Shown piece after piece: positions 1-12,870 of a stretch of DNA of 64,000 nt (its first letter is position 1; every line of letters begins with the position of its first letter). Source of the stretch: Vicugna vicugna. Lineage: Eukaryota. The notes beneath the pieces are model-generated. The model did not search any database, was not told where the DNA came from, and was given only the letters and a program-made list of their open reading frames with translations. A program made the translations under genes and the position numbers. The stretch spans positions 434,001 through 498,000 of the forward strand of contig MU058054.1 in NCBI GenBank assembly GCA_013265495.1, in the 5' to 3' direction.

Positions 1-3000
1 GCCTCAGGCATTTAAGGAAGTCTCTGTCCAGTCATTACCTAACCAGTAAGTTAATTGAAAAGAGGCTTCAGTGGCCATATACTGGAGATACAAACATTAT
101 GGAGTAGTTCAGAAGAGTCACTAAACAAACTTACAACAACAACAAACCCTGGGGATGCAGGAGAGTCTGATTTCCAGAGTAAACACGTTATATAACTTAA
201 AATGTCCATTTTTCAATAAAAAATGAGACATGTCGAGAAACAAAAAGGTATGACTCATATGCAGGAATGAAAGCAATCAACAGAAAACTGTCCCTAAGAA
301 AGCTCTGATGTTGGACTTAACTGGAAAAAAATCTTTAGTCAGTTATTTTAATACATGTTCACATAACTAAAGGAAACCATGTGCAAGGAACTAAAGTATG
401 AAGATGACATCTCCCCAAATGGAAGCTATCAATAAAGAATCAGAAATGATACATACTCCCACAAACACACCTATACACATATATACATTCATATGCATAT
501 ATTCATACATATATAAATGTACCTATGTCTATATATAAAGTCTGTAGTTGAAAAGGACAACAACTGAAATGAAAATTTCTCCACAGCGTATCTGACCAGG
601 CAGAAGAAAGATTCAGGGAATATGAAGATAGGTCAATTGAGATTATCCAGTCTGAGGAACAGAAGGAAAAGAGAATAAAGAAAAATGAACACATTTTCAG
701 AGGCCTGAAAGATATCATAAAGTGTATCAATACACGCATAATGGGGAGACTTGAAAGCGAGGAGTAGAAGCACAAAGAATATCTGGAGGAATAATGCCCA
801 ATAGTTTCCAAATTTCATAATACCATTAATCTCCATATCCAAGAAGTTCAATAAACTGCAAGAAGGATAAATTCAAAGAGACCTCCACCTAGACACAATA
901 TAAAACTGTCCATAGACAAAAACAAAAGGAGAATCTTGAAAGCAGTAAGATAAGCAATGCATCAATTACAAGGGATTCTTAAAAAAATTAACTGCTGATT
1001 ATTCATTAGAAACCATGGAAATCTGAGGCAATGAGAATGGTATATTCAAATAGCTCAAAGGGAAAGACTATCAACCCAAAATTCTATACCCAGCAAAACT
1101 ATCTTATAAAAATGAAGAAAATAAGACATACCCAAATAAACAAAAACGAAGGGAATTCATTAGCAGTTGACCTTCCCTAGAAGAAATTCAGTCCTTCAGA
1201 CTGAAAGAACATCAGATTGAAGTTACTAGACAGTAACTCAAATTCATGTGAAGAAATAAAGAGCATTTTTTTTGTTTGTAACTCTCTTTTTTCCTCTTAC
1301 ACAATTTAAAAGACAACCGCATAAAGCAGTAATTATAAATCTTTGTTGATGAGTGTAAAACATATAAGGATGTAACAAACAACAATAACAGTAGAAAGGA
1401 GGGAGAAGGAATGGAGCTACATAGGAGCAAAGTTTTTGTACACCTTTTTATTGAAAGGAAGTTGATATTAATCCAAACTAAGTTGCTACATGTTAAAATG
1501 ATAACTGCAGTCTCCAAGGAAACCAAAAATGGACCTTAAAAATACAGTAAAAAAAAAACCCCACAAGATAATTTAAATAGTACATTAGAAAATATCTACT
1601 TAACATAAAAGAAAGCAGTAATAAAGGTTTGGAGGAAAATAGAAGACACAAGACTTAAAAACAAGTAGTAAAATGGCAGATATAAATTCTATCTTGTCAG
1701 TTAATACATTAAATATAAATGAATTAATGAGAGATTTACAGAATGGATAAAAACATTAACCAAATACATGCTGTCCTTAGGAGATGCACTTTAGATTCAA
1801 AGACACAAATAAGTTGAAAATTAACAATGGAAGAAGATGAAACAAACAAACAAACAGTAATCAGCAGGGAACCAGGATGACTATACTAATGTCAGACAAA
1901 ATAGATTCATATAAATTTCGTGACTAGAGACAAAGAAACACATTTTATTATGATAAGAGTCAATTCATCAAGAAGATATAACAATAATAAACATATATGT
2001 ACCTAACAACAGAATGCCAAAGTATGTGAAGCATAAACTGACAAAACTGAACGGAGAAGTAGACAACCCAAAAATACCCCACTTAAATACCCTACTTTCA
2101 ACAACAGATAGAACAATTGCACTAAAGATTAACAAGGAAATGAAATACTTAAACAACACCACAAACCAACTAGTCCTAACAGACATCTCAAGAACACCCC
2201 ACCTATCAACAGCAGAATACATTTTTCTTAAGTGCACATGGAACATTCTCCAGGACAGACAATATTTTAGGGCATAAAGCAAATCTTAATAAATTTGAAA
2301 GAAGTGAAATCATACAAAGTACGTTCTTTGACCTCAAAGAAATATTAGAAATAAACAACAGAAGGACATTCCATGTGGAAAATGACACAGTCCTAAATAA
2401 AAATGGGCCAAAAAAGAAATCACAGGGGATTATCTTTCTGGGGAATTAGAAAATACTTCAAGATAAGTAAAAATGAAAAAAACAAAAAACAAAAAAACAA
2501 AAAAAACAAAAACAACACAACATATCAAAACGTCTAGGGTGCAGCTAAAGCAATGTTTAGAGGGAAATGTACAGTTGCAAATACCTACATTAAATTAAAA
2601 AGTTCTCCTAGTCAATAGCCTAACTTTGCAGCTTAGAAATACAGAAAAGGGAGACCAAACTAAACACAGAGTGAGTAGAATGAATAAATACTAGAGCAGA
2701 GATAAATGACACAAAAGAAAAACAAAAGACAAAAATCAAAGAAACCAAGAGTTGGTCCTTTGAAAAAGACAAAGAAAGTGACCAACTTTTAGCTACCCTG
2801 ACCAAGAGAAAAAGAGAGAAGACTCAAATTACTAAAATCTGGAATGAAAGAGAGAACATTAATACTAACTTTACAGAAATAAAAATGATTAGGAATAACT
2901 GAGTACCAACAAATTCGATAATCTGGATGAAATGAACAAACTTCTAGAAAGCCACAAACTACCAAAACTCACTCAAGAAGAAACAGAAATTCTGAACAAA

Positions 3001-3049
3001 TCTATAACTACCTGTAATTAATAAAGATATTGGTTGGTAAAAAAAATCT

Positions 3050-3430
3050 ATTCACAATTGTTATTCAGTCTTAAAAAGGAAGTAAATTCTGATATATGCC
3101 ACAACAATCTTGAGGACATTATGAAAAGTGAAATAAGCCCCCAAAAGACAAATACTGTGTGATTCCACTTAGATGAGGTAGCCAGAGTAGCCCAACTCAT
3201 TCAGACAGAAAGCAGAATGTTGGCTGCCACAGCCTTGGAGCAGAAGGCAAAGGGAGCTATGGTTTAATGGGTATAGAGTTTCAGTTTTGCAAGATGAAAA
3301 GAGTTCTGGAGATGAATGGTGGTGGTGGTTGCAGTTATGTGAATGTACTTATTGGTACTGAACTACACACTTAAAAGTGGTTAATATGGTAAAGAATATA
3401 TTTTATGTATTTTACCACAATTAAAAAAAA
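3050..3430 (+). mobile_element. 5'-truncated L1 3' end (L1MB-like) nested in the ORF2 of the older L1
   Basis: Typical L1 3' UTR text (cttgaggacattatg...agtgaaataagcc; gagttctggagatgaatggtggtg; ttttaccacaatt + A tail). Host ORF2 resumes at about 3980. Confidence 0.85.
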
Positions 3431-3434
3431 ACTC

Positions 3435-3975
3435 TGAAGGAGAGATAGTCTTACACACACAGTCTTGCAAACTCCACTTGGCCACGTAAGAATGCGCCTT
3501 GGACTTGGAATACTTGCTTACCAAGAGATACGGAGCCCACATTGCCTGTGTTCGGTTTACCTTCTTATTCTGGAATATCTTTCCCTGTTTCAGGCTCAAT
3601 ATGTACTCCTTTGTCCTGCTTGAGCATGTGCATCAACAGACCTCAGGCATGCCTCCAGCTTTCAGCACTTCTGACTCCAGGGGAGGAGGGTGGAATGGGG
3701 GCTATCTCTGCTGCAACACGAGATGGGTACGTGCAGACCAACTGCCCTACACAGACTGCCAGGAGGGACTGCTGCTAGCCATGGGGAACTGACACCCACT
3801 ACTGAAGCTGATCTTGCTTGCTCGGTCTCTTTTTTTATGTGAGTAAAGCATTGTTCAATCCAGTGCCTGACTGCATAGTGTTTTTCTAGGTGACTCCAGT
3901 ACCAAGATGCAGTGGGCAGAAGTGCCTGGACTTCTCTTAATAACAGACAACAGATGCCACTTGACCAGAAAAACA
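3435..3975 (+). mobile_element. Solo LTR (541 bp, ERV1-like by 4-bp TSD)
   Basis: Starts TG, ends CA, flanked by ACTC (3431-3434 and 3976-3979). AGTAAA poly(A)-like signal at 3842-3847. GC shift relative to the surrounding L1. Confidence 0.75.
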
Positions 3976-4816
3976 ACTCAGAAGGAAAACCCCAGGAACA
4001 GATGGCTTCACTGGTGAATTACACCAAATGTTTAAAGAAAAATTAACATCAATCTTTCACAAACTCTTCCAAGAAAATGGAAGAGAACACTGTCCAACTC
4101 ATTCTTTGAGGACAGAATTATTTTAATATCAAAGTTACATAATGATATCATAAGGAAAGAAAACTACAAACCAGTATCCCTTAAGAATACAGATGCAAAA
4201 ATCCTCAACAAAATACTAGCAAAGTGACACCAGCAACATATGGAAAGAATTATACATCACGACTAAGTGGAATTATCCCAGGAATGTCACAATTGGTTCA
4301 ATATGCAAAAATCTATTAACGTAATATACCATAATTATGGAATAAAGGACAAAAACACATGATCATTTCAACAGACACAGAAAAAACATGTTACAAAATC
4401 TAATGCCCTTTTATGATAAAAATACCCAACAAAGTTGGAAGAGAAGGAATTTCTACAACTTGACAAATGGCATCCACTAAAAACCCACAGCTAACATCAC
4501 ACTTACTGGTGAAAGACCGAAAGCTTTTTCTCTAAGATTAGGAGCAGAAGAAGGATGTCTGCCCTCACTACCTCTACTCGACATTGTACTGAAAGTTTGA
4601 GTCATGGTAATTAAGCATTAGAGAAAGAAAAGGACCCCGATTGGAAAGGAAGAAGTAAAACTACTTATATTTGCAGATGACATGATCTTCTATATAAAAA
4701 ACCCTAAGGGATCTACAAAAACCTGTTAGAGTTTAAGAAACAAATTTAGCAAGGTAGCAGAATACAAGATCAATATACAAAAATCACTGTGAATGCAAAC
4801 TGATGTACAATGGGGT

Positions 4817-4946
4817 GGGGAGGGTGTAGCTCAAGTGGTAGAGTGCGTGCTTAGTATGCACGAGGTCCTGGGTTCAATCCCCAGTACCTCCTCTAAGAAT
4901 AAACCAATAAATAAACCTAATTACCTCCCTCAACCAAAAAAAAAAA
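4817..4946 (+). mobile_element. tRNA(Ala)-derived SINE (camelid vic-1-like), full length
   Basis: A-box tagctcaagtgg, B-box ggttcaatccc, tail aataaataaacctaattacc + poly(A). 13-bp TSD TGATGTACAATGG at 4801-4813 and 4950-4962. Confidence 0.92.
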
Positions 4947-6586
4947 TTGTGATGTACAATGGAATGGAACAGTTTAGCAGTGTCAAATAGAGTTATTGTA
5001 TGATCCAGCAATTCCACTCCTACTTACATACTCAAGAGAATTAAAAACACATGTTCTCACAAAAACTTGTACACAAATGTACACAGTAGCATCAGTCATA
5101 ATAGCCCCCAAGTGGAAACATAAATAGCCATCAGTGATGAATGAGTAAATAAAATGTGGTTCATCCACACAATGGACTATTATGCAGTCATAAAAAGGAA
5201 TGAAGTACTGATAAATGCTACAACATGCATAAACCTTGAGAATGTTATGCTAAGTGAAAGAAGCCAGACACAAAGGCCATATATTGTATGACTTCACTTA
5301 TATGAAATGTCCAAATTAGGGAAATCCATAGAGAAAGAACATAGATTAGTGGTGGCCAGGGACTAGAGGGAAGAAGGTGTAGGGAGTGACTGCTAATGGG
5401 TAGGGAGTTTGTTTCTCGAGCAATAAAAATGTTTCGGAATTAGTGGTGATGGTTATAGAACCTTCTGAATATACTAAAAACCACTGAATTATACACATGA
5501 AAAGACTGAATTTTATGGTATTTGAATATATCATCTAAATAAATAATTTTTAACGTAACAAAAATTGAAGACTTCAAGAAAGAATGATGAAAAGTCATAA
5601 AATAATGACATGTACTGGCTCTCTGAACCCACTTTTTCTAGTAAGTCCCCTGAATATCCATATGGCTGTAAGACTTTGAATTCTTGATATACACTGCAAC
5701 TAACTTAGCACACGTTATTACAGTATGAAGACATCAGGGCTGGCTCGTCAAAAAGTATTGCAAGGCATAAACTAATTGTATTAATAATATACTGAGAATC
5801 CCCCAAATGAACTAAGTCTTACTTTGAAAAGTTCATACTTTTAAAATGTTGTTTTAATGAGCTAGACATTAAAAAATTTGAAAATATGAAATTTAAAGAC
5901 TGTTTTGATTTAAAATGGGTAAACAGTAACAATGATGACATCATTTCATTAACGGGATATCAAGAAATCTGCATTTTGCCATAATATTCAAATTGAAAAA
6001 GAGTTACCAAAAGAGGATTGAATGAAAAATAAAGAAGGGAGGAAAGGGCTGGAGTCCAAAAAAAAAAAAAAACAAAAAACTAAACACATCTTGGCTAAAC
6101 AGCTGTGTTGAAAAACAATTTCTTATCTTGCAATTAAGAACCGATTTCTTTCTAAAAGACACAGGACATTGGGTTAATAGATTTCTTTAGAAGAAAATCT
6201 GTTTTGGCTATTGAAACATTAGAAGAACAGAACATCTGTTTTGTAAGAAAAGACAGATTGTATGGAAGAATCAAATATCAAACCACCGATTAGACTAGCA
6301 TTTAATCTGTTCTATTTAAATTTTCAATAAAAGTAAATGAAGTTACATTCTTGAAATTATAGCTCGGCTATAAATATTTAACACCAGGAACCCCTAACAC
6401 CAGGATGTTTTAGAGCAAAAAGGAAGTCATTATTAGTATATTTTAACTATTATTAAAAATTAAAAAAAATTTTATCTAGTTGTATTTTAACTATTTTTAA
6501 TTCTACTTGATATCTATATCAAAATCAGGTTTTAAAGCACTCTACCCCCAAATTATTTTTAAAGTATTATGAAAGGAAAAACTCAC

Positions 6587-6668
6587 CATCCATGAATTCT
6601 GTACATATTGAAATCCTATTTTCAACGAAAAATGCACCATAAAACCCTATGATATATGATGAATCACA
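6587..6668 (-). CDS. MAP2K5: MAP2K5 coding exon 11 (82 nt), [27 protein letters not shown](G)
   Basis: Acceptor tttttgttacag, donor gtgagt. MAP2K-type FYGAF and ICTEFMDG hinge motifs. Confidence 0.98.
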
Positions 6669-6760
6669 CTGTAACAAAAATCAGACAAAAGTGGTTAAAA
6701 ACCTGCAAGCCAATATCATAGGCATGTTTTACAAGGGAAAATAACCAAGAAAAAAATTAC

Positions 6761-6829
6761 CTTATAAAGAATTTCCAATTCAGACATAATTTGCTTCTGA
6801 AGTTCCAGTGTAATATCTAGTAGTATGAC
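6761..6829 (-). CDS. MAP2K5: MAP2K5 coding exon 10 (69 nt), VILLDITLELQKQIMSELEILYK; alphaC helix
   Basis: Acceptor tatgtttag, donor gtaatt. Phase 0-0. MAP2K-type ELEIL motif. Confidence 0.98.
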
Positions 6830-7674
6830 CTAAACATACAAGGGAATCAACATTCACGCATTTATTCACCTCTAAATTCAACACAGCTATATTCACTATG
6901 AAATGTAACAACTAAAAAATATGGTGTTTTTCCTATTCATTCTCTCTTTCTCCTCCCCATCACCATAACCTCCAGTAATACAAACTGTGTCCACATCCGT
7001 CTAACACTTTGGACTGGGGGAGGGAGGTGGTATAGAAGTGATTGATGGGACCCAGGAAAAAGCCAGGTCTCAAAGGTCAGTATTAATGGCTTTAAAAGTC
7101 AGTTAAGTTATCACACCCTTAATTTACACACCCTATTTTGGTCACATTGGTTATTTTCAGAAGAGGAAGATAGGAATGACCCTGAAACCATTACAAACAT
7201 AATTGTCTTGTAATTCATACATCAGGCAAAAGCAGAAGAGGATGGTGAGTAAAAATGACATCTAAAGTAGATATTTAGGCATGAGAGAAATGAGGACTTT
7301 TTCAAACGTCTCAGGTTTTTACATTCTTCCAGTTACGTAGTATTTCTTTCCTGAAACCGTTATAAAATGTTGGAGCTTGAAGGAACCTCAGAAATTACTT
7401 CATCTAATTCCCATCTTTTAGAGGAGGAACCCAAGGTTCTGAGGAGCCACAAGGCCTTGACTCGGAGGACCAGGCACTTTGCAGTATGTCCTGAGGCTTT
7501 GTGGTTTTCCCTAAAATATCAACCACTGAGTCCAACTCAGCACAGAAACGTACACTTACCTCGAACAAATTCGTTTATTTCAAACACTTTTTTTTTTTAA
7601 GAAAGACCATCAACCATTCAAATTTTACTTAGCACTTGAGTGAAGCCAATTCAGGGGAAACTGTTTTTAACTTT

Positions 7675-7800
7675 ATTTTGGGGGGAGGCGGGTAATTAAG
7701 TTTGTTTATTTATGTATTTTTAATAGCGGTACTAGGGATTGAATCCAAGACCTCATGCGTGATCAGCACACACTCTACCAGTGAGCTATACCCTGTCCCT
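7675..7800 (-). mobile_element. tRNA-derived SINE (same family), older copy
   Basis: Reverse complement aligns by eye with 4817-4946. TSD CTGTTTTT(A/T)ACTTT at 7661-7674 and 7801-7814. Confidence 0.9.
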
Positions 7801-8424
7801 CTGTTTTTTACTTTGAAAGGCAGTGATTAGTAAAATAAGTAAAAGATAATTTCTAAGATTTGTGGCAGAGTTTCTGATTCTAGGCACTTATAGGCAAAAA
7901 TTTAAGTCAAGATTACCATGACAGTGTAGTTATACACCATCCAACACGGAACTACATTTTGTGTTATAACTGCAAATATATATATATACTTGAGGAAAAA
8001 ACAGAAATTTTGAATTGCAAACTGCTGATAGAGCAAAGAAAGAAAAGGATCATTTTCTAAAATCCACGTTTTACAGTACTAACATCTATTTGGGGAGGAT
8101 AAAGTGAGGGGACAAAAGGCATAGTCACTTCTATCAAGAGTTTGCTTCAGGGTCATTTATAGAAGCTCTCACTAAACTAGGTTGTAAGTGTAATGCAGAA
8201 CTGCCAAGAAACATTTAAACATCTCTCCCAATCAACAGTCATTTGCTGACAACATTCACTTACATTTTTGTTCCTGTATAAAACTTAACAACGAAATTAA
8301 TCCACCTAGAATTGTTTCATTTTACACCATAAAATATGAGAGCTATTCATACTACTATGTCAAGTACAGGGAATCTTTCACCCTTAAGAACTCTCCTAAA
8401 AGGAATACATTATTACTTACCTTA

Positions 8425-8640
8425 AAGCTGTGGTTCTCAGCCTAGGCTTCACATTATAATTACCTTTGTATCAAGGTTATTTATATGAATATATAAGGAC
8501 ACTTCAAAAAAAAACCCTGATGCACAGGCCTTACCTCAGAATATTGGAATCAAAATTTCTGGGGTTGGGCCCACGTCTTTGCATTCTTTAAACATTTCCC
8601 AGATGATTTTTAATCCACAGTGAGGTTTGAGAAGCCCTTA
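8425..8640. mobile_element. hAT-Charlie MITE (MER5A-like)
   Basis: Termini gctgtggttctcag...tttgagaagccct. Internal gaatcaaaatttctggggttgggccc and cccagatgattttaat. Confidence 0.75.
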
Positions 8641-8809
8641 TTTAAGGTTTCAAAATGCCATTTATTTTGTGTTTAGTATGACTACTAAGAGGTACTGCAT
8701 CCCAGGCCCCTAGTCAAGAAACAACATGATTCTACATGGCTAGCCAGCACCTGGGAGTTAGCCCGAAACTACGGGCTATGAACGTATTCTCTTGATAGAG
8801 AAACTTAAT

Positions 8810-9330
8810 TGGGTTCCCATGACTTAGAATAAAGTTAAAACTCTAGCGTGACATTCAAGGAATTCTTTCACAATCTAGCTCCAACTTGTTATTCTAGCTC
8901 CTTCTCTCTCCTTACTGCAAACCCAAGCTGCATGTGAAACCAGTCATTTCTTCTGGTCCACACGCAGCTGGCACTTCTGCCCACGTCCAGCCTCTGCTCC
9001 TGCTGTTCCCTCCACTTGACGTGTGCTTCCTCGTTCCATTCCACAGTTGCTGATCATAAAACCATTTCTGTCCTTCGACACAGCTTGAATGTCACTGTCA
9101 CCTCCACGAAGCCAGCCCCAAAGCCTTCCATTAAACCCCTTGCCTTTCTCTGTATCACATCCTGCTTTTAGCATTAATGCTTCATCTCCTAAAAACAGAA
9201 GCCAGGAGTACAGAGTGGTTGTGAGCCCCTGCAGGGCAAGGACTGAGTCTTGGGCACCTTTCTCTGGTCCCCTCCCCTGACACCCAGCACCTGCACAGGG
9301 TCTTACTCACAGGGGTGCCCATTAAACGGC
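8810..9330 (+). mobile_element. LINE-2 3' fragment
   Basis: L2-like text (gaataaagttaaaactctagcgtgacattcaagg; tgctgttccctccactt; gtgagcccctgcagggcaaggactgagtct). Confidence 0.65.
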
Positions 9331-11299
9331 ACAGGACTTAATTAAAGCGCTCCTTACAACCGCAATCCTCCAAACAAAAAGCTGCTTCTAGACAGAAAGG
9401 AAATGAATTGCTTGATTTCTACAACTGAATTTCAAACCAAAGACATAAATAAAACCGCCACACTGGCCGAAAATGTAGCAAGTAATACGGTATTTGTGGG
9501 GCCAATCCACTGCACTCTAACAGGTCTTGATCATTCTTGGAATTCGCTGTAGTCCGGAACAGTGGAGATTCCATAATGGTGGGAAAGTGAATAAAATAAT
9601 TTCTGGGAAGTTGAGCAGGAAAGTCAAATCTACCTTAAAATGGAAAAACTGGAAAAAAGCATGGCAGATGCTAATTTTCTTTTTGAAGAATAAGCAAAGT
9701 ACGAACTCCCTGAGTCTCTATTATTATTTTTTTTTTCCTCCTTAGGAAGAGCTAAATTTTTCAAACTGGAGAGAATTTGCACATACAGTATTTGCTGGAG
9801 AAAGGGTTAAGTTCGAAACCGAAGTACCTGAGTACATTCCCGCTGCTCTCCACCGCACCTCCAGGACAAATAAGGATGAGTTGTCAAGTTAAATATAAGC
9901 AGCCGAGTGACTGAATTATAATTTACTCTGTGCTCAATTTAAATTAGTGTGAGGCTATTAAAATATACAGTATAAATACGGCAATTCATCACAAGCTGTC
10001 ATGGATGACTTCATTTATTTGCTGGAGTGGCACAAGCCCCACTAAAGGGAAGGAGAGCAAAATCACAGGTCAAATTAAGCTGCTATTCTGTTTTAATTCG
10101 CTTATTTAATCTGTGGCGACATAATTGTCTTTTACAGTACGTACAACTCAGAAAGGAAATTTGGGAGGATTACAGTCAGTATACAAATGATTAATCAAAT
10201 GGTCCATTTAAATGCCAGTTTAAAAGCAGCAGAAATCCAAAGCAGTCCAAGAATGATAATCAGCACGTGCTATATACAGTGCTAAATTTCCTGTGCGACG
10301 GGTGTCTCCCAATTGGAAAATACACAATACAGGGGAAACCTACTAAGCTCTACTCTTTGAAAGATTTTATAGAATACATTAACGGTATAAAAAGGTTCTG
10401 TTTACAAGATGGCTAAAAGTATTTTTATTTGTTTTCTGTTCTGCTTGTTTGTAATCATCTTGCTTTCCTACACTCCTCCCACCCTACCCCACAAAAAGCC
10501 AGTTAGAAACATGTTTCATGAATCTTACACAGCCATCAGATAGCTATCTTGAAAACTACATTAAGTGTCATTTTCAAAGTACTCTCTTTGAGGCAAAATT
10601 TCTTTTCTGAATTCAGTGGTATAAAATACAAATCCAGGGTACTTCTATTCTTTCCAAAATTCAAGGTGCTGTTGATAATATCTGAGGTGGTATTTTCCCA
10701 CCTTTGAATTCTGAAGAGGTAAACACTATGATATGCTTAGACACTGCAATATGCTTTAGACAAAAAAAGTCTCAAAAATAAGGACATTTACAAGTACAAA
10801 AATTAGAAATATTCTGAGGAGGAAAAGTAACAGATTTTCAAGGACTCCCATCTAATTGCTCCCACAGACATTCAAAGTATGGGTCCAAATGACCACTTGA
10901 CTTGGGAAATTAAATCTCCCTCATCATTCTGTGCAGGCATCAGAGCCCTGCAGGTGATTCTGTTTAGACAAGGACTGTGATTTGCTGCTCTTCACAGTCC
11001 CTCTGTGACACCAGAAGGCCCTGTTTCACAGCTGAGGTCACTGGGAGGTTCAAGTGACATGCTTGAAGTCACACAAAAGTCAGGAGGGGGTCAAGAAAAG
11101 ATCAAATGCGCTTCTAACTCTTAACCTTTCATTTCACCCTGTAATATAAAAAAAAAAGAAGGCTAAGAAATACTCTGGTGAGAGCAATGGTCCATACAAA
11201 GAACACTATGGGATATTCTGTACGTGAGCTGAACCTGCTCTCAGGATGTTACTTCAAAAGATGAATGAGTGAACTAAAGACAAACAAAAGAACAAAATT

Positions 11300-11965
11300 T
11301 ATTCATTCAGTTAGTCAGTCAACAAACTATGTGCTACACACCTAGTCATCCCATGTAGTGTCCTGCACTAGGCCCTCTATGCAAAGTTCTGCATGAATCA
11401 GTGGGTACGGCAAGAAGGTACGTGAGATCTGTTCCCCACTGACAAAGAGATTCCAGTGTAATGGGGGGAAATGTACATGTGTACTACTAGTAGAATACAA
11501 GGCAGTGTGTGGTAACGTCCTTAAGAGACAGACTTCTAGACAGGTTCAAAGGAGAGGGTGAGTGAGTGACAAATATACCACAGGTGACAGGATTTATTCA
11601 GTAAGTTCAATGGAGGAGCAAGCTTTAGAGCCAATCCTTGAAGGGGGTTAAAGATTTTCCTACATGGAGACATAGGTGATGGCATTCTAATTAGAGGGAA
11701 ATAACGTGAACAAAAGTGTTGAAGAGCGAAAGTACCTGGGTTCAGACAAGGCCATGAGGTCAACTTAAAAGAAGCACTGGATTCAGACACAGAAGATAAT
11801 GCTATGACAGCAGGCTGATGACATACTCTGGAAAATCTTGAATTTCATCCCACTGAATGTTTAGTTTATCTGGGACATAATGTAGAGGTTCTGAAGAGTT
11901 TTGAGAGGGGAAGAGACGTGACCAGAACTGTGCTTTAGGAAGCGAAATCTGCGGGTGGTGAGCAG
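11300..11965 (-). mobile_element. LINE-2 fragment
   Basis: Begins attcattcagttagtcagtcaacaaac (reverse-complement L2 tail), followed by a purine-rich L2 body. Confidence 0.7.
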
Positions 11966-12200
11966 CAATATAGTACAGACATTAAGAGCACGGACTCAGG
12001 GCAAGACTTCCCTAGGTTCAAAGTCTGGTTCCATTTCTTATTAGTTGTGGGACTCAGCTACTTAACTTTCCTGTGCCTCAGCTTCTCCATCTGTAAAATG
12101 AGGATCTGGCAACAACTGCAGAAGTTTGTTGGGAGCGTCATTAAAAGAGGAAAATGAGTGTAGAGTACCTAGCACAGTGTAAATGATCGATAAATGGTAG
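11965..12200 (+). mobile_element. MIR SINE
   Basis: Core cttaactttcctgtgcctcagcttctccatctgtaaaatgagg; end cctagcacagtgtaaatgatcgataaatggtagc. Confidence 0.85.
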
Positions 12201-12339
12201 CCTCCATTTTTGCGAGAACAGTTTAAAAGCTGTTCCGTTGACGAGAGGCAAAAACGAGCATCTGGATTAGAGTGGTAATGAGAAAGGAAGAGACACATTA
12301 AAAGATAGATAACAAAAAACCCCAGAAAAATCAACAGGC

Positions 12340-12870
12340 TTCCAGACATCAGACATCAGCTAAAATAGGACAGTGATCCCTGAGAGATGGCAACAGAGGT
12401 GAGTCCTGTGACTGCCCAGCTTACTGACCACACAAGAGCTTTCAGGCCCCATCCAGGGAGGGGACCCCAGGGGAGCTCAGCCAGGATGAGGGAAATTAAA
12501 GTATAATTGTGAAGTTCTCATCCAATAGGTAACTTGCAGGTAGACTACGGAAAGTTAAGATGTATACTACAAACTCTAATGCAACTGCTTAAAAAAAAAA
12601 AGGACATATAGACAGAACAAGTAGAAAACAAAGAGCAAATTGATACACTTGAATCCAACCATATCAATAACCACATGAAATGTAAATGATCTAAATATCT
12701 CTATTAAAAAGCAGAGTGGATTAAAATACAAGACGTAACTAACTGTATGCTGCCTACGAGAAATCCCTCCCAAATATAGAGACAACAGGGTAAAAGTGAA
12801 AGGCTGGGTCATGCTAACACTAGTCAAGCCAAAGCTGGAGGAGCCATATTAGTATCAGACAAGGCCAAAC
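12340..12870 (+). mobile_element. Old L1 fragments (5' region joined to start of ORF2)
   Basis: tccaaccatatcaataaccacatgaaatgtaaatgatctaaa...ctgtatgctgcctacgagaaa...tatcagacaa is an L1 endonuclease remnant. Confidence 0.7.

Larger units (their letters stand above)
1..5545 (+). mobile_element. Old degenerate LINE-1 (L1MB/L1M4-like): 5' region, ORF1 and ORF2 remnants, 3' UTR; interrupted by three later insertions and with an internal ORF2 deletion near 4790
   Basis: A-rich + strand. ORF1-like text at about 560-1200. Endonuclease remnant in ORF 2014..2277 (DISRTPHL...EYIF). RT-region motifs ccagtatccc...gatgcaaaaatcctcaacaaaatactagcaa and tttgcagatgacatgat (FADDM). 3' end tatgatccagcaattccactcct. 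Confidence 0.93.

Noticed and set aside
2014..2277. 87-aa ORF as a gene
   Set aside because: Fragment of a dead L1 endonuclease surrounded by stops and frameshifts.
4817..4890. tRNA-Ala gene
   Set aside because: It has a SINE tail, poly(A) and TSD, and diverged copies occur at 7675, 31669 and 48160. It is a SINE head.
7553..7575. Consensus donor GAG|gtaagt on the gene strand as a cryptic exon
   Set aside because: No convincing upstream acceptor within exon distance.
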